61,360 bases of DNA from Candidatus Aminicenantes bacterium (GTDB lineage: Bacteria > Acidobacteriota > Aminicenantia > Aminicenantales > Saccharicenantaceae). The notes beneath the pieces are model-generated. The model was not told the DNA's origin. It saw nothing but the letters and a program-made list of their open reading frames with translations, and made no database searches. Positions 29,104-37,460 of the stretch are shown piece by piece. Position numbers and translations under genes: made by a program. The stretch is from positions 1 through 61,360 of the forward strand of contig VGJC01000001.1 of NCBI GenBank assembly GCA_016867635.1, read 5' to 3'. Every line of letters starts with the position of its first letter. Within the stretch, counting starts at the first letter, position 1.

Positions 29104-30551
29104 CCACGGCCATGAAAGTCCTTGTGCTCAACAGCGGCAGCTCGTCGGTCAAGTTCCAGTTCATCCGCATGGACGACGAAGGCCTCCTGGCCAAAGGCAT
29201 CGTCGAGAAGATCGGCTCGAGCGACGCCATCGTCACCTACCAGCCGGCCGAAAAGAACAGGATCCGCGAGATCCGGGAGGTCCTCAACCACGGCGTGGCC
29301 ATCGAGATCGTCCTGGCCCTCCTGCTTCACCCCCAGCACGGCGTCATCCGGGACAAGGGCGAGATCGACGGCATCGGCCACCGCGTCGTCCACGGCGGCG
29401 AGGACTTCGCCGATTCCGTGCTGATCACCGACAAGGTCAAGGCGACCATCCGCAAGTGCATCCAGTTCGCGCCCCTGCACAACCCCCACAACCTCAAGGG
29501 CATCGACGCCTGCGAGACGCTCCTGCCGGAGGCCCCGCAGGTCGCGGTCTTCGACACGGCCTTCCATCAGACGATCCCCGCCCGAGCCTTCATCTACGGG
29601 CTGCCCTACGCGCTCTACCGCAAGCTCGGCGTACGCCGGTACGGCTTCCACGGCACCTCCCACAGCTACGTCGCCCACCGGGCCGCCGAGCTTATCGGCC
29701 GGCCGATCGAGAAGCTCAAGCTCATCACCTGCCACCTGGGCAACGGGGCCAGCATCGCCGCCGTCGCCGGCGGCCGGTCGATCGACACCTCGATGGGCTT
29801 CACGCCCCTCGAAGGCCTGGTCATGGGCACCCGCTGCGGGAGCATCGATCCGGCCCTCGTCCCCTACATCATGGACCGCGAAAAGCTGGGGACCAAGGAG
29901 ATCGACTCCATCATGAACAAGAACAGCGGCATGCTGGGGCTGACCGAGACCTCCAACGACATGCGCGAGATCGAACAGGAAGCGGCCCACGGCAGCGAGC
30001 GCCATCAGCTGGCCCTCGAGATCTACTGCCATCACGTCAAGAAGCACATCGGGGCCTACATGGCCGAGATGGGCGGCGTGGACGCCGTCGTCTTCACCGG
30101 CGGGATCGGCGAGAACTCCCGACTCGTCCGGCGCCTGGCCGCCGAGGGACTCGAGGAGTTCGGCATCCGCCTCGATGCCGCCAAGAACGAGGCCAACGAG
30201 ACCGTCGTCTCTTCCGGACGGGTCAAGCTCCTGGTCGTCCCGACCAACGAGGAGCTGGCCATCGCCCGGGACGCGCGGCGGATCCTCGAGGCCCGGCTGC
30301 CGGCGGAGCCTGCCCCGGCGGCCGAGCCCGGGCCGGCCCGGCCGGCGGCCCTGCCGCCCGCCGACGTGGCCCGCCTGGTCCTCCTGTGGGCCCGCGATCC
30401 CGGCCAGAGCGCCGAGTCCTTGGCCCGGAAATGGGGCCGGGAGGTCGGCCGGCCGGTCGGCGCCGGCCTGGTCGCCGAGGAGCTCGCGAGGCTCAACCTG
30501 GCGTCCGTCGCCGGCGACGTCAGGAAACCGGCCAAGAAAAGGAACAAGTAA
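29100..30551 (+). CDS. ackA: Acetate kinase with a C-terminal extension of about 105 aa
   Basis: ORF 29013..30551 trimmed to [20 protein letters not shown].... ATG 29100 overlaps the mvhA stop as ATGA; an alternative ATG lies at 29112. Motifs: ...GHRVVHGG..., ...FDTAFH..., ...YGFHGTSH..., ...VVFTGGIGENS..., ...VVPTNEELAIA.... The family normally ends about there, but this ORF continues with a Pro/Ala linker and a further segment of about 65 aa. Confidence 0.9.
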   Translation: MTTAMKVLVLNSGSSSVKFQFIRMDDEGLLAKGIVEKIGSSDAIVTYQPAEKNRIREIREVLNHGVAIEIVLALLLHPQHGVIRDKGEIDGIGHRVVHGGEDFADSVLITDKVKATIRKCIQFAPLHNPHNLKGIDACETLLPEAPQVAVFDTAFHQTIPARAFIYGLPYALYRKLGVRRYGFHGTSHSYVAHRAAELIGRPIEKLKLITCHLGNGASIAAVAGGRSIDTSMGFTPLEGLVMGTRCGSIDPALVPYIMDREKLGTKEIDSIMNKNSGMLGLTETSNDMREIEQEAAHGSERHQLALEIYCHHVKKHIGAYMAEMGGVDAVVFTGGIGENSRLVRRLAAEGLEEFGIRLDAAKNEANETVVSSGRVKLLVVPTNEELAIARDARRILEARLPAEPAPAAEPGPARPAALPPADVARLVLLWARDPGQSAESLARKWGREVGRPVGAGLVAEELARLNLASVAGDVRKPAKKRNK

Positions 30552-30562
30552 AGGATCACGCC

Positions 30563-31060
30563 ATGGACAAGATCGACCGCGAAGAAGCCGGCTGGCTGGT
30601 CGCCCTGGCCTGGCTGAGCGCCCTGGAGGAGACGGCCCGCGATTTTCACGGCACGCGGCCGTGGGTCTTCAGCGCCCGGGCCTACGAGCATGCCGTCCAG
30701 TACTACCTCCACCTCCTCGGCGACGAGTACGGGATGCAGATCAAGAAATCCCTCTCCATCCGGGCCGCCGTCGAGAACTACATCGAGATCGGCATCGCCG
30801 GCGGCCTGTTCCGCGCCGCGAACACGTTCGAGCTCGTCGACGTCAATCCCTTCCACCTGGAGATCACGGTCCACGACTGCGTCTATCTGAAGAGCTGCCA
30901 GGCGCTCATCGACCAGGGCTTCTCCGTCCGCGACCTGACCTGCGCCCGGATCGGCTCGTTCCGGGCGGCCGTCAAGGCCCTGGCCAACATCGACTGCGAG
31001 TACCAGGTGACCTCGTTCAACATCGAAGGGGACTGCAAGGGCTACATCGAGAGGACCTGA
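30563..31060 (+). CDS. Hypothetical protein, possible V4R-like (Cys-containing small-molecule-binding) domain
   Basis: 165 aa from the internal ATG of ORF 29456..31060 (MDKIDREEAGWL...). The C-terminal pattern ...HDCVYLKSC...TCARIGSFRAAVKALA...EGDCKGYIE resembles the V4R Cys/Gly pattern. This is a by-eye assignment only. Confidence 0.4.
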   Translation: MDKIDREEAGWLVALAWLSALEETARDFHGTRPWVFSARAYEHAVQYYLHLLGDEYGMQIKKSLSIRAAVENYIEIGIAGGLFRAANTFELVDVNPFHLEITVHDCVYLKSCQALIDQGFSVRDLTCARIGSFRAAVKALANIDCEYQVTSFNIEGDCKGYIERT

Positions 31061-31061
31061 A

Positions 31062-32897
31062 GTGCAGAAAGCGATCTCCTCCCCGCTGGACGGGCTGATC
31101 CGCATCGCGCGGGAGAGCGAGGATGCCTCCGCCGTGCGGACCGCGATCATGCAGCTCGGGTACGCGAAGGGGGACGACGCCTACGCCCTGCTCGTCGAGA
31201 AGCTCGACGATCCGAACCCCGCCATCCAGCACGCGGCCGTCGTCGCCCTGGGCCGCTTCGGGCGGATAGAGGCCATCGAGGAGCTGCTCAAGCCCAAGGT
31301 CTTCCGCTCCAAGCAACACCAGCTCCGATGGGCGGCGGTCGCCGCCGTGGCCCGTCTCGGCGATTACCGGGTCATCGACATCCTTCTCAAGGCCGCCGAG
31401 GACCCCGAGTGGATCGTCCGGACGGAGGCCGTGACCGGGCTGATGGGCAAGGTCAAGGATGTCGTCGCGAGCAGGGACGTCCGGCTGGCCCGGGTCCTGA
31501 TCCACATGTTCTCCCTGGACAACGAGGAGATCGTCGAGCTGGCTATGGAGGGCTTCCAGGAGATCGGTCCCGAGAGCCTCCGATGGCTCCACGACGCCCT
31601 GGACATCTCCTCGGAAACCATCCGGGCGAACGCGGCCCTCGCCCTGGGCAAGATGAAGTCCCACGCCTCCACGCCCTATCTCCTGGAGCTGCTCACGGAC
31701 GAGAGCGCCGCGGTCCGGGCCAGCGCCTGCCGGGCCCTCGGAGAGATCGGGGACAAGGTCAGCATCGAGCCCCTGGTCCTGATGGTCCAGGACAACGTGG
31801 AACGGGTCCAGGAGGAGGCCGTCGAGGCCATCGTTCACTTCGGCAAGCTGGCCGTCGTCCCGCTGCTCAATGCCCTGATCCGGGAGCGGGACAAGTTCGC
31901 CCAGAGGGCGTTCCTCCGCTGCCTGGGCCGGATCGGGGACCCCAAGTCCGTGCCCGCCCTGATCAGCCATCTCCGGAGCAGCTACTTCATCGTCCGCCAG
32001 GCGGCCGTCTCGGCCCTCGTCCGCCTCGGGCCGATGGCCATCCCCCACCTCCTGGCGACTCTGTCGTTCAACACGTCCGACATCGAGAAGCTGAAAAAGG
32101 ACGCCTGCGACAAGGAGCGCCCCGAGCTCCAGATGAGGGCCGTCAAGGCCCTTGGAGGCTTGGAGGACCACCGGGCCGTCCCCCTGCTAAAGGACCTCAT
32201 CGACCAGGGGCTGCCCGACGTCCAGGAAGCCGCTTCCCACGCCCTTTTCCAGATCGGGTGCGCCGCGTGGGGCCGCTGCTGCGCCCTGCGGGTCCTCGGC
32301 GAGATCGCCGACGCGTCGTTCGTCCCCAGGATCGTCCCGTCGCTCAAGGACAACTCGGAGAACGCCCGGTTCGAGGCCGTCGTCGCCCTCGGCCGGCTGG
32401 GCGGACCGATCGCCGTCCGGCACCTCGCCCGGATCGCCGGCAAGGACTGCGCCCCGTTCATCCGCCGGGAGGCCCTCCGCCACCTGAGGACGGTCGGGCT
32501 GGGGGATCCCTCCGTCCTGGACGCCGGCCGCCGATGTCTCAAGGATCCGGCCCGGGAGGTTCGGGTCCAGGCGGCCCGCCTCCTAGGCAACTTCCAGGAC
32601 CAACGGTCCATCCTGCCCCTTCTCAAGGCCATGGCCGACGCCCACTGGAGCGTTCGGGAGAGCGCCGAGCTGGCCCTCCTCAACTTCGGCCGGGACGCCG
32701 TGGACCCGCTCACTGAGGCCTTGAAAAGCCCGTCGTGGACGGCCCGCTTTCGGGCCGCCCGGCTCCTGGGAGAGATCGGCGACAAGAGGGCCGTCGGCTG
32801 TTTGAGGGGCGCCTTGGCGCGGAAACGTGAAAGGAAACAGGTCCGGGAGGTCATCGAGGCCGCCCTCAAAAAGCTCGAAAAGCCGATCGCGACGTGA
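31062..32897 (+). CDS. HEAT-repeat (PBS-lyase-type) protein
   Basis: 611 aa with a GTG start 1 nt after the preceding stop. It contains many repeats of the form D.....VR..A..ALG.IGD..AV..L. Confidence 0.8.
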   Translation: MQKAISSPLDGLIRIARESEDASAVRTAIMQLGYAKGDDAYALLVEKLDDPNPAIQHAAVVALGRFGRIEAIEELLKPKVFRSKQHQLRWAAVAAVARLGDYRVIDILLKAAEDPEWIVRTEAVTGLMGKVKDVVASRDVRLARVLIHMFSLDNEEIVELAMEGFQEIGPESLRWLHDALDISSETIRANAALALGKMKSHASTPYLLELLTDESAAVRASACRALGEIGDKVSIEPLVLMVQDNVERVQEEAVEAIVHFGKLAVVPLLNALIRERDKFAQRAFLRCLGRIGDPKSVPALISHLRSSYFIVRQAAVSALVRLGPMAIPHLLATLSFNTSDIEKLKKDACDKERPELQMRAVKALGGLEDHRAVPLLKDLIDQGLPDVQEAASHALFQIGCAAWGRCCALRVLGEIADASFVPRIVPSLKDNSENARFEAVVALGRLGGPIAVRHLARIAGKDCAPFIRREALRHLRTVGLGDPSVLDAGRRCLKDPAREVRVQAARLLGNFQDQRSILPLLKAMADAHWSVRESAELALLNFGRDAVDPLTEALKSPSWTARFRAARLLGEIGDKRAVGCLRGALARKRERKQVREVIEAALKKLEKPIAT

Positions 32898-32919
32898 ATG
32901 CCATTTTAGAGGAGAGAGC

Positions 32920-33327
32920 ATGAGAGTCAAGCTCAAGGCCGGTCCCGAACAGCGGACGTTCATCGACAGGATCGAGGAGCTGTCCGGCGAGAACGTCTTC
33001 GCCTGCTATCAGTGCGGGCGGTGCTCCGCCGGCTGCCCCATGGCCTCGGAGATGGACCTGCTGCCCAACCAGATCATCCGTCTGGTCCAGATGGGTCTGC
33101 TGGAGGACGTCCTCCGCTCCAAGACCCTTTTCCTGTGCGCCTCCTGCTTCACGTGCGAATCCCGGTGTCCCAAGGGCATCGACATGGCCCGGGTCATGGA
33201 GGCCGTCCGCCACATCCTGGACCCCAAGGGCAAGGACGCCTTCGGCCCGGGGGAGATCTCTCCGGAGCTGGCCAAGGAACTGCCCCAGCAGGTCATGGTC
33301 GCCCTCTGCCGGAAATTCGCCAAGTAA
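32920..33327 (+). CDS. hdrC: Heterodisulfide reductase subunit C-like (2x 4Fe-4S)
   Basis: ORF 32827..33327 trimmed to MRVKLKAGPEQ..., with GGAGAGAG upstream. Motifs: CYQCGRCSAGCP and CASCFTCESRCP. Confidence 0.85.
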   Translation: MRVKLKAGPEQRTFIDRIEELSGENVFACYQCGRCSAGCPMASEMDLLPNQIIRLVQMGLLEDVLRSKTLFLCASCFTCESRCPKGIDMARVMEAVRHILDPKGKDAFGPGEISPELAKELPQQVMVALCRKFAK

Positions 33328-33336
33328 GGGAAGCCC

Positions 33337-34269
33337 ATGAAACTCCATTACTATCCGGGATGCACGCTGAAGGAGAAGGCCGTCGCCTTGGACATCTCCA
33401 CGCGGGAGGCCATGAAGCGCCTGGACGTCGAGCTCGTCGAACCCGAGGGCTGGACCTGCTGCGGCGCCGAATACCCCCTGACCGAGGAGAAGATCGTCGG
33501 GCTGGCCGCCCCGATCAGGGTCCTGCGCCAGGTCCGTGACGAGGGCGGGGAGGTTCTCGTGACGACCTGCTCGTTCTGTTTCGCCGTCCTGAAACGGGCC
33601 AACAAGGCCCTCCGGGACGACCCGCTCAAACGCAAGCGCATCAACGCTTTCCTGCGGGACGACATCCAGATCGATCCGCTGACCAAGGCCAGGACGACGG
33701 ACTTCGAGGACTACAACGGCGAGGTCCAGGTCCTCCATCTCCTGGAGTACTTGCGAGACCGGGTCGGCACGCCCAAGATCAAGTCCCGCCTTAAGCGCGA
33801 TCTCAAGGGCCTGGCGGTCGCCCCCTATTACGGCTGCCGCCTCCTGCGCCCGCAGGAGGAGATGGCCTTCGACGAGCCCGACGCGCCGCGCGTCTTCGAA
33901 GATTTCCTGGAGGCCGTCGGCTGTTCGGCCGTCGATTACGCGTTCAAGCAGGAGTGCTGCGGCTCCTATCTCTCCGTTTCCCTCCCCGACGCGGCCACCG
34001 AGGCCTCCTACCGCGTCCTGCGGGCGGCCCAGATGGAGGGCGCCCGGGCGGTCACCGTGACCTGCCCCCTGTGCTTCTACAACATGGACAGCCGCCAGGC
34101 GGCCATCAAAGAGAAGTTCCTGGACTTCTCGGGGCTTCCCGTTCTGTACTTCACCCAGATCCTGGCCTGGGCCCTGGGGGTCGACCGCGAGGTCCTGGGC
34201 CTCGGGGAGCACGCCGTTCCCGCCGACAGCCTGTTCGAGGAAGTTCCGACGACCGAGGTGAGGACATGA
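33337..34269 (+). CDS. hdrB: Heterodisulfide reductase subunit B-like (two CCG domains)
   Basis: 310 aa. YYPGC...CCG... (GWTCCGAEY) and ...YYGCRLLRP...CCGSY.... These are the duplicated CCG motifs. Confidence 0.9.
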   Translation: MKLHYYPGCTLKEKAVALDISTREAMKRLDVELVEPEGWTCCGAEYPLTEEKIVGLAAPIRVLRQVRDEGGEVLVTTCSFCFAVLKRANKALRDDPLKRKRINAFLRDDIQIDPLTKARTTDFEDYNGEVQVLHLLEYLRDRVGTPKIKSRLKRDLKGLAVAPYYGCRLLRPQEEMAFDEPDAPRVFEDFLEAVGCSAVDYAFKQECCGSYLSVSLPDAATEASYRVLRAAQMEGARAVTVTCPLCFYNMDSRQAAIKEKFLDFSGLPVLYFTQILAWALGVDREVLGLGEHAVPADSLFEEVPTTEVRT

Positions 34270-36245
34270 CCGTCAAGACCAAGAAGAAAGAGGACAAGCG
34301 CATCGGCCTGTTCGTCTGCCACTGCGGGGTCAACATCGCCGGCGTCGTCGACGTCAAGAAGGTGGCCGAGGCCTTGAAGGACACCCCCGGTGTCAGCATG
34401 TCCACGGATTACGTCTACATGTGCTCGGACCCCGGCCAGCAGATGATCATCGACACCATCAAGGAGAAGCACCTCGACGGGATCATCGTCGCCGCCTGCT
34501 CGCCGACCCTTCACGAGAAGACCTTCCAGGAAGCGGCCCGCCTGGCCGGCCTGAACCCCTACCAGATCGAGATCGCCAACATCCGGGAACAGAACTCCTG
34601 GGTCCACTCCGACAAGGACAAGGCCACCAAGAAGGCCGTCAAGATCGTCAAGTCCCACGTCGCCAAGGCCATCCGGAACGAGAACCTGGAGCCCATCAAG
34701 GTCGACGTCAAGAAAAGGGCCCTGGTCATCGGCGGCGGGGTCAGCGGCCTGCAGGCCGCCTTGGACATCGCCGACCACGGATACGAGGTCATCCTGGTCG
34801 AGAAGAACCCGTCGATCGGCGGCAAGATGATCCAGCTGTCGGAGACCTTCCCGACCCTGGACTGCTCCCAGTGCATCCTGACCCCCAAAATGGTCGAGGT
34901 CTCCCGGCATCCGCGGATCAAGCTCCTGACCTACCACGAGGTCGATTCCGTGTCGGGCTTCATCGGCAACTTCAAGGTCCGCATCAAGAAGAAGCCCCGG
35001 TTCGTGGACGAGAAGCTCTGCAACCTCTGCGGCGAGTGCGAGAAGGTCTGTCCCCAGATCGTCCCCGACGAGTTCAACATGGGCCTGTCCTTCCGCAAGG
35101 CCATCTACATGCCCTTCCCCCAGGCCATCCCGGGCACCTACACCCTGGACGAGGATCACTGCCTCGGCCTGTCGCCGGTGCGGTGCGGCAAATGCAAGGA
35201 CGTCTGCGAGCCGCGGGCCATCGACTTCGACATGAAGGAGACGATCATCGAGGAGGAGGTCGGGGCCATCGTCGTGGCCACCGGCTACGACCTGTATACG
35301 ATGCAGGCCCTGGGCGAGTTCGGCGGCGAGAAGTACGAGGACGTCGTCAACGGCCTGGAGTTCGAGCGCATCCTGTCGGCCTCGGGCCCGACGGGCGGCG
35401 TCGTCCGGCGTCCGTCCGACGGCAAGGTCCCGAAATCCGTCGTCTTCGTCCAGTGCTGCGGCTCCCGCGACACGGAGAAGCACCTGCCGTACTGCTCCAA
35501 GATCTGCTGCATGTACACGGCCAAGCACGCCATGCTCTACCGCCACCGCGTGCCCGACGGGCAGGCTACGGTCTTCTACATCGACGTCCGGACGGGCGGC
35601 AAGGCCTTCGACGAGTTCTACCAGCGGACCGTCGAGGAGGACAAGGTCCTCTACATCCGGGGCAAGGTCTCCAAGGTCTTCAAGGAGGGCGACAAGCTCA
35701 TCGTCTGGGGTGTGGACACCCTGACCGGCAAGAAGGTCGAGATCGAGGCCGACATGGTCGTCCTGGCCATGGCCATGGTCAAGACCGACGGCGTCCAAGA
35801 CCTCCTGAAGAAGCTCAAGATCTCGACCGACATCCACGGCTTCGTCGCCGAGGCCCACCCCAAGCTGCGGCCGGTCGAGAGCCTGAACGCCGGGTTCTTC
35901 CTGGCCGGCTGCGCCCATGGGCCCAAGGACATCCCGGAGGCCGTCTCCCAGGCGTCGGCCGCGGCGGCCAAGGTCGGCGACCTGTTCGCCCAAAAAGAGC
36001 TCAGCCACGAGCCCACGGTCGTCCCGGTCAACGACGAGCTCTGCTCGGGCTGCGGCATCTGCGTCACGATGTGCCCTTACGGGGCCCGGACACTGGACCC
36101 GTCCAAGGGGGTCGTCGACGTCAACGAGATCCTCTGCGAGGGTTGCGGGGCCTGCGCGGCCGCTTGCCCGTGCGGGGCCGCCCAACAGCGCAATCAGACC
36201 GACGACCAGATCTTTTCGATGCTTAGAGCCATGCTGAGGGAGTGA
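34266..36245 (+). CDS. hdrA: Heterodisulfide reductase subunit A-like (FAD, multiple 4Fe-4S)
   Basis: ORF 33954..36245 trimmed to MTVKTKKKEDKRIGLFVCHCGVNIAG.... The ATG overlaps the hdrB stop (ATGA). Motifs: ALVIGGGVSGLQAALD, FPTLDCSQCILTPKM, CNLCGECEKVCP, and the C-terminal CSGCGICVTMCP / CEGCGACAAACP. Confidence 0.9.
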   Translation: MTVKTKKKEDKRIGLFVCHCGVNIAGVVDVKKVAEALKDTPGVSMSTDYVYMCSDPGQQMIIDTIKEKHLDGIIVAACSPTLHEKTFQEAARLAGLNPYQIEIANIREQNSWVHSDKDKATKKAVKIVKSHVAKAIRNENLEPIKVDVKKRALVIGGGVSGLQAALDIADHGYEVILVEKNPSIGGKMIQLSETFPTLDCSQCILTPKMVEVSRHPRIKLLTYHEVDSVSGFIGNFKVRIKKKPRFVDEKLCNLCGECEKVCPQIVPDEFNMGLSFRKAIYMPFPQAIPGTYTLDEDHCLGLSPVRCGKCKDVCEPRAIDFDMKETIIEEEVGAIVVATGYDLYTMQALGEFGGEKYEDVVNGLEFERILSASGPTGGVVRRPSDGKVPKSVVFVQCCGSRDTEKHLPYCSKICCMYTAKHAMLYRHRVPDGQATVFYIDVRTGGKAFDEFYQRTVEEDKVLYIRGKVSKVFKEGDKLIVWGVDTLTGKKVEIEADMVVLAMAMVKTDGVQDLLKKLKISTDIHGFVAEAHPKLRPVESLNAGFFLAGCAHGPKDIPEAVSQASAAAAKVGDLFAQKELSHEPTVVPVNDELCSGCGICVTMCPYGARTLDPSKGVVDVNEILCEGCGACAAACPCGAAQQRNQTDDQIFSMLRAMLRE

Positions 36246-36685
36246 CGATGTTCGAACCGCAAATCATGTGCTTCCTGTGCAAGTGGTGCACCAGCGCGGC
36301 GGCCGACCTGGCCGGCACCTCCCGCCTCCATCACGTCGCCAACACCATCAACATGCGGGTGATGTGCTCCAGCCGGGTCGACCCCCAACACATCCTCTAC
36401 GCGTTCAAGGAGGGGGCCGACGGGGTCTTCCTCGGCGGCTGCCATCCCGGCGACTGCCACTACGTCGAGGGCAACTACAAGACCCTCCGCCGGATCGCCC
36501 TCTTCAAGAAGATGCTGGCTGACCTGGGGATCGACCCGCGGCGGCTGCGCCTCGAGTGGATCTCGGCCGCCGAGGGCAAGAAGTACGCCGAGACGATGAA
36601 TGAATTCACCGAGCAGATCCGGGCCCTGGGGCCCCTCGACCTGAACGATAAAGCTTTAGTCCGAGAGGTGGTCAAAGATGAGTAA
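36242..36685 (+). CDS. mvhD: Methyl-viologen-reducing hydrogenase delta subunit (MvhD) family protein
   Basis: 147 aa. ...IMCFLCKWCTSAAADLAG...MCSSRVDP...GADGVFLGGCHPGDCHY.... The start is GTG 36242 overlapping the hdrA stop (GTGA), or ATG 36248. Confidence 0.9.
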   Translation: MTMFEPQIMCFLCKWCTSAAADLAGTSRLHHVANTINMRVMCSSRVDPQHILYAFKEGADGVFLGGCHPGDCHYVEGNYKTLRRIALFKKMLADLGIDPRRLRLEWISAAEGKKYAETMNEFTEQIRALGPLDLNDKALVREVVKDE

Positions 36686-37457
36686 AACGGCATCCAAACC
36701 GAAGAAGGCCGTCGCCAAGGCGAAGGACGCCGAGGCGAGCCTCGTCCCCATCTTCGTCATGGGGAAGCGTTACGAAGTCCCGGCCTCGCTGACGATCCAG
36801 AAGGCGCTCGAGTACGCCGGCTACCAGCTCGTTCGGGGCTGCGGCTGCCGGGGCGGCATCTGCGGCGCCTGCGGCACGGTCTACCGCTTCCCCGGCTCCT
36901 ACCGGATCGAGGTCGGCCTGGCCTGCCAGACCGTGGTCCAGCCCGAGATGTACATCGCCCAGCTGCCGTTCTTCCCCGGCAACAAGGCCGTCTACGACAT
37001 CGAGACGCTGCCCGCGGTCGGGGGGACCATCGCCGCCCTCTACCCCGAGGTCTTCAAGTGCGTCGGCTGCGGGACCTGCACGCGGAGCTGCCCCATGGAC
37101 ATCGACGTCATGGGCTACATCTCCAAGGCCATCCAGGGCGACCTCACGGCCGTGGCCCAAAGCTCCTTCGACTGCGTCATGTGCGGGCTGTGCGCGGCCC
37201 GCTGCCCGGCCGAGGAGGTCCAGTACAACATCGGCATCCTGGCCCGCCGGCTCTACGCCCGCCACCTGGCCCCCAAGGCCAAGCACCTGGCCGAGGCCGT
37301 CAAGAACGTGGAGGGAAAGAAGTTCGACAAGGCCCTCCAGGAGCTCAAGAAGAAGGACCTGGAAGCCCTCAAGAAGATCTATAAGAGCCTGGAGATCGAG
37401 CCCGACATGGCCGACGAATCCTGGACACCGACCGACAAGTCCTTTCTGGGAGAATGA
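36678..37457 (+). CDS. Succinate dehydrogenase/fumarate reductase iron-sulfur-subunit-like protein (2Fe-2S plus two 4-Cys motifs)
   Basis: 259 aa. RGCGCRGGICGACG...LAC is an SdhB-type 2Fe-2S motif, followed by CVGCGTCTRSCP and CVMCGLCAARCP. The start overlaps the mvhD stop by 8 nt. Confidence 0.75.
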   Translation: MSKTASKPKKAVAKAKDAEASLVPIFVMGKRYEVPASLTIQKALEYAGYQLVRGCGCRGGICGACGTVYRFPGSYRIEVGLACQTVVQPEMYIAQLPFFPGNKAVYDIETLPAVGGTIAALYPEVFKCVGCGTCTRSCPMDIDVMGYISKAIQGDLTAVAQSSFDCVMCGLCAARCPAEEVQYNIGILARRLYARHLAPKAKHLAEAVKNVEGKKFDKALQELKKKDLEALKKIYKSLEIEPDMADESWTPTDKSFLGE

Positions 37458-37460
37458 ACC

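Noticed and set aside
27646-36245. Possible selenocysteine recoding in mvhA, hdrA or mvhD, as occurs in some methanogens and Deltaproteobacteria.
   Set aside because: All three ORFs are uninterrupted, with Cys at the relevant motifs (DPCFGCATH; FPTLDCSQC), and there is no in-frame TGA.
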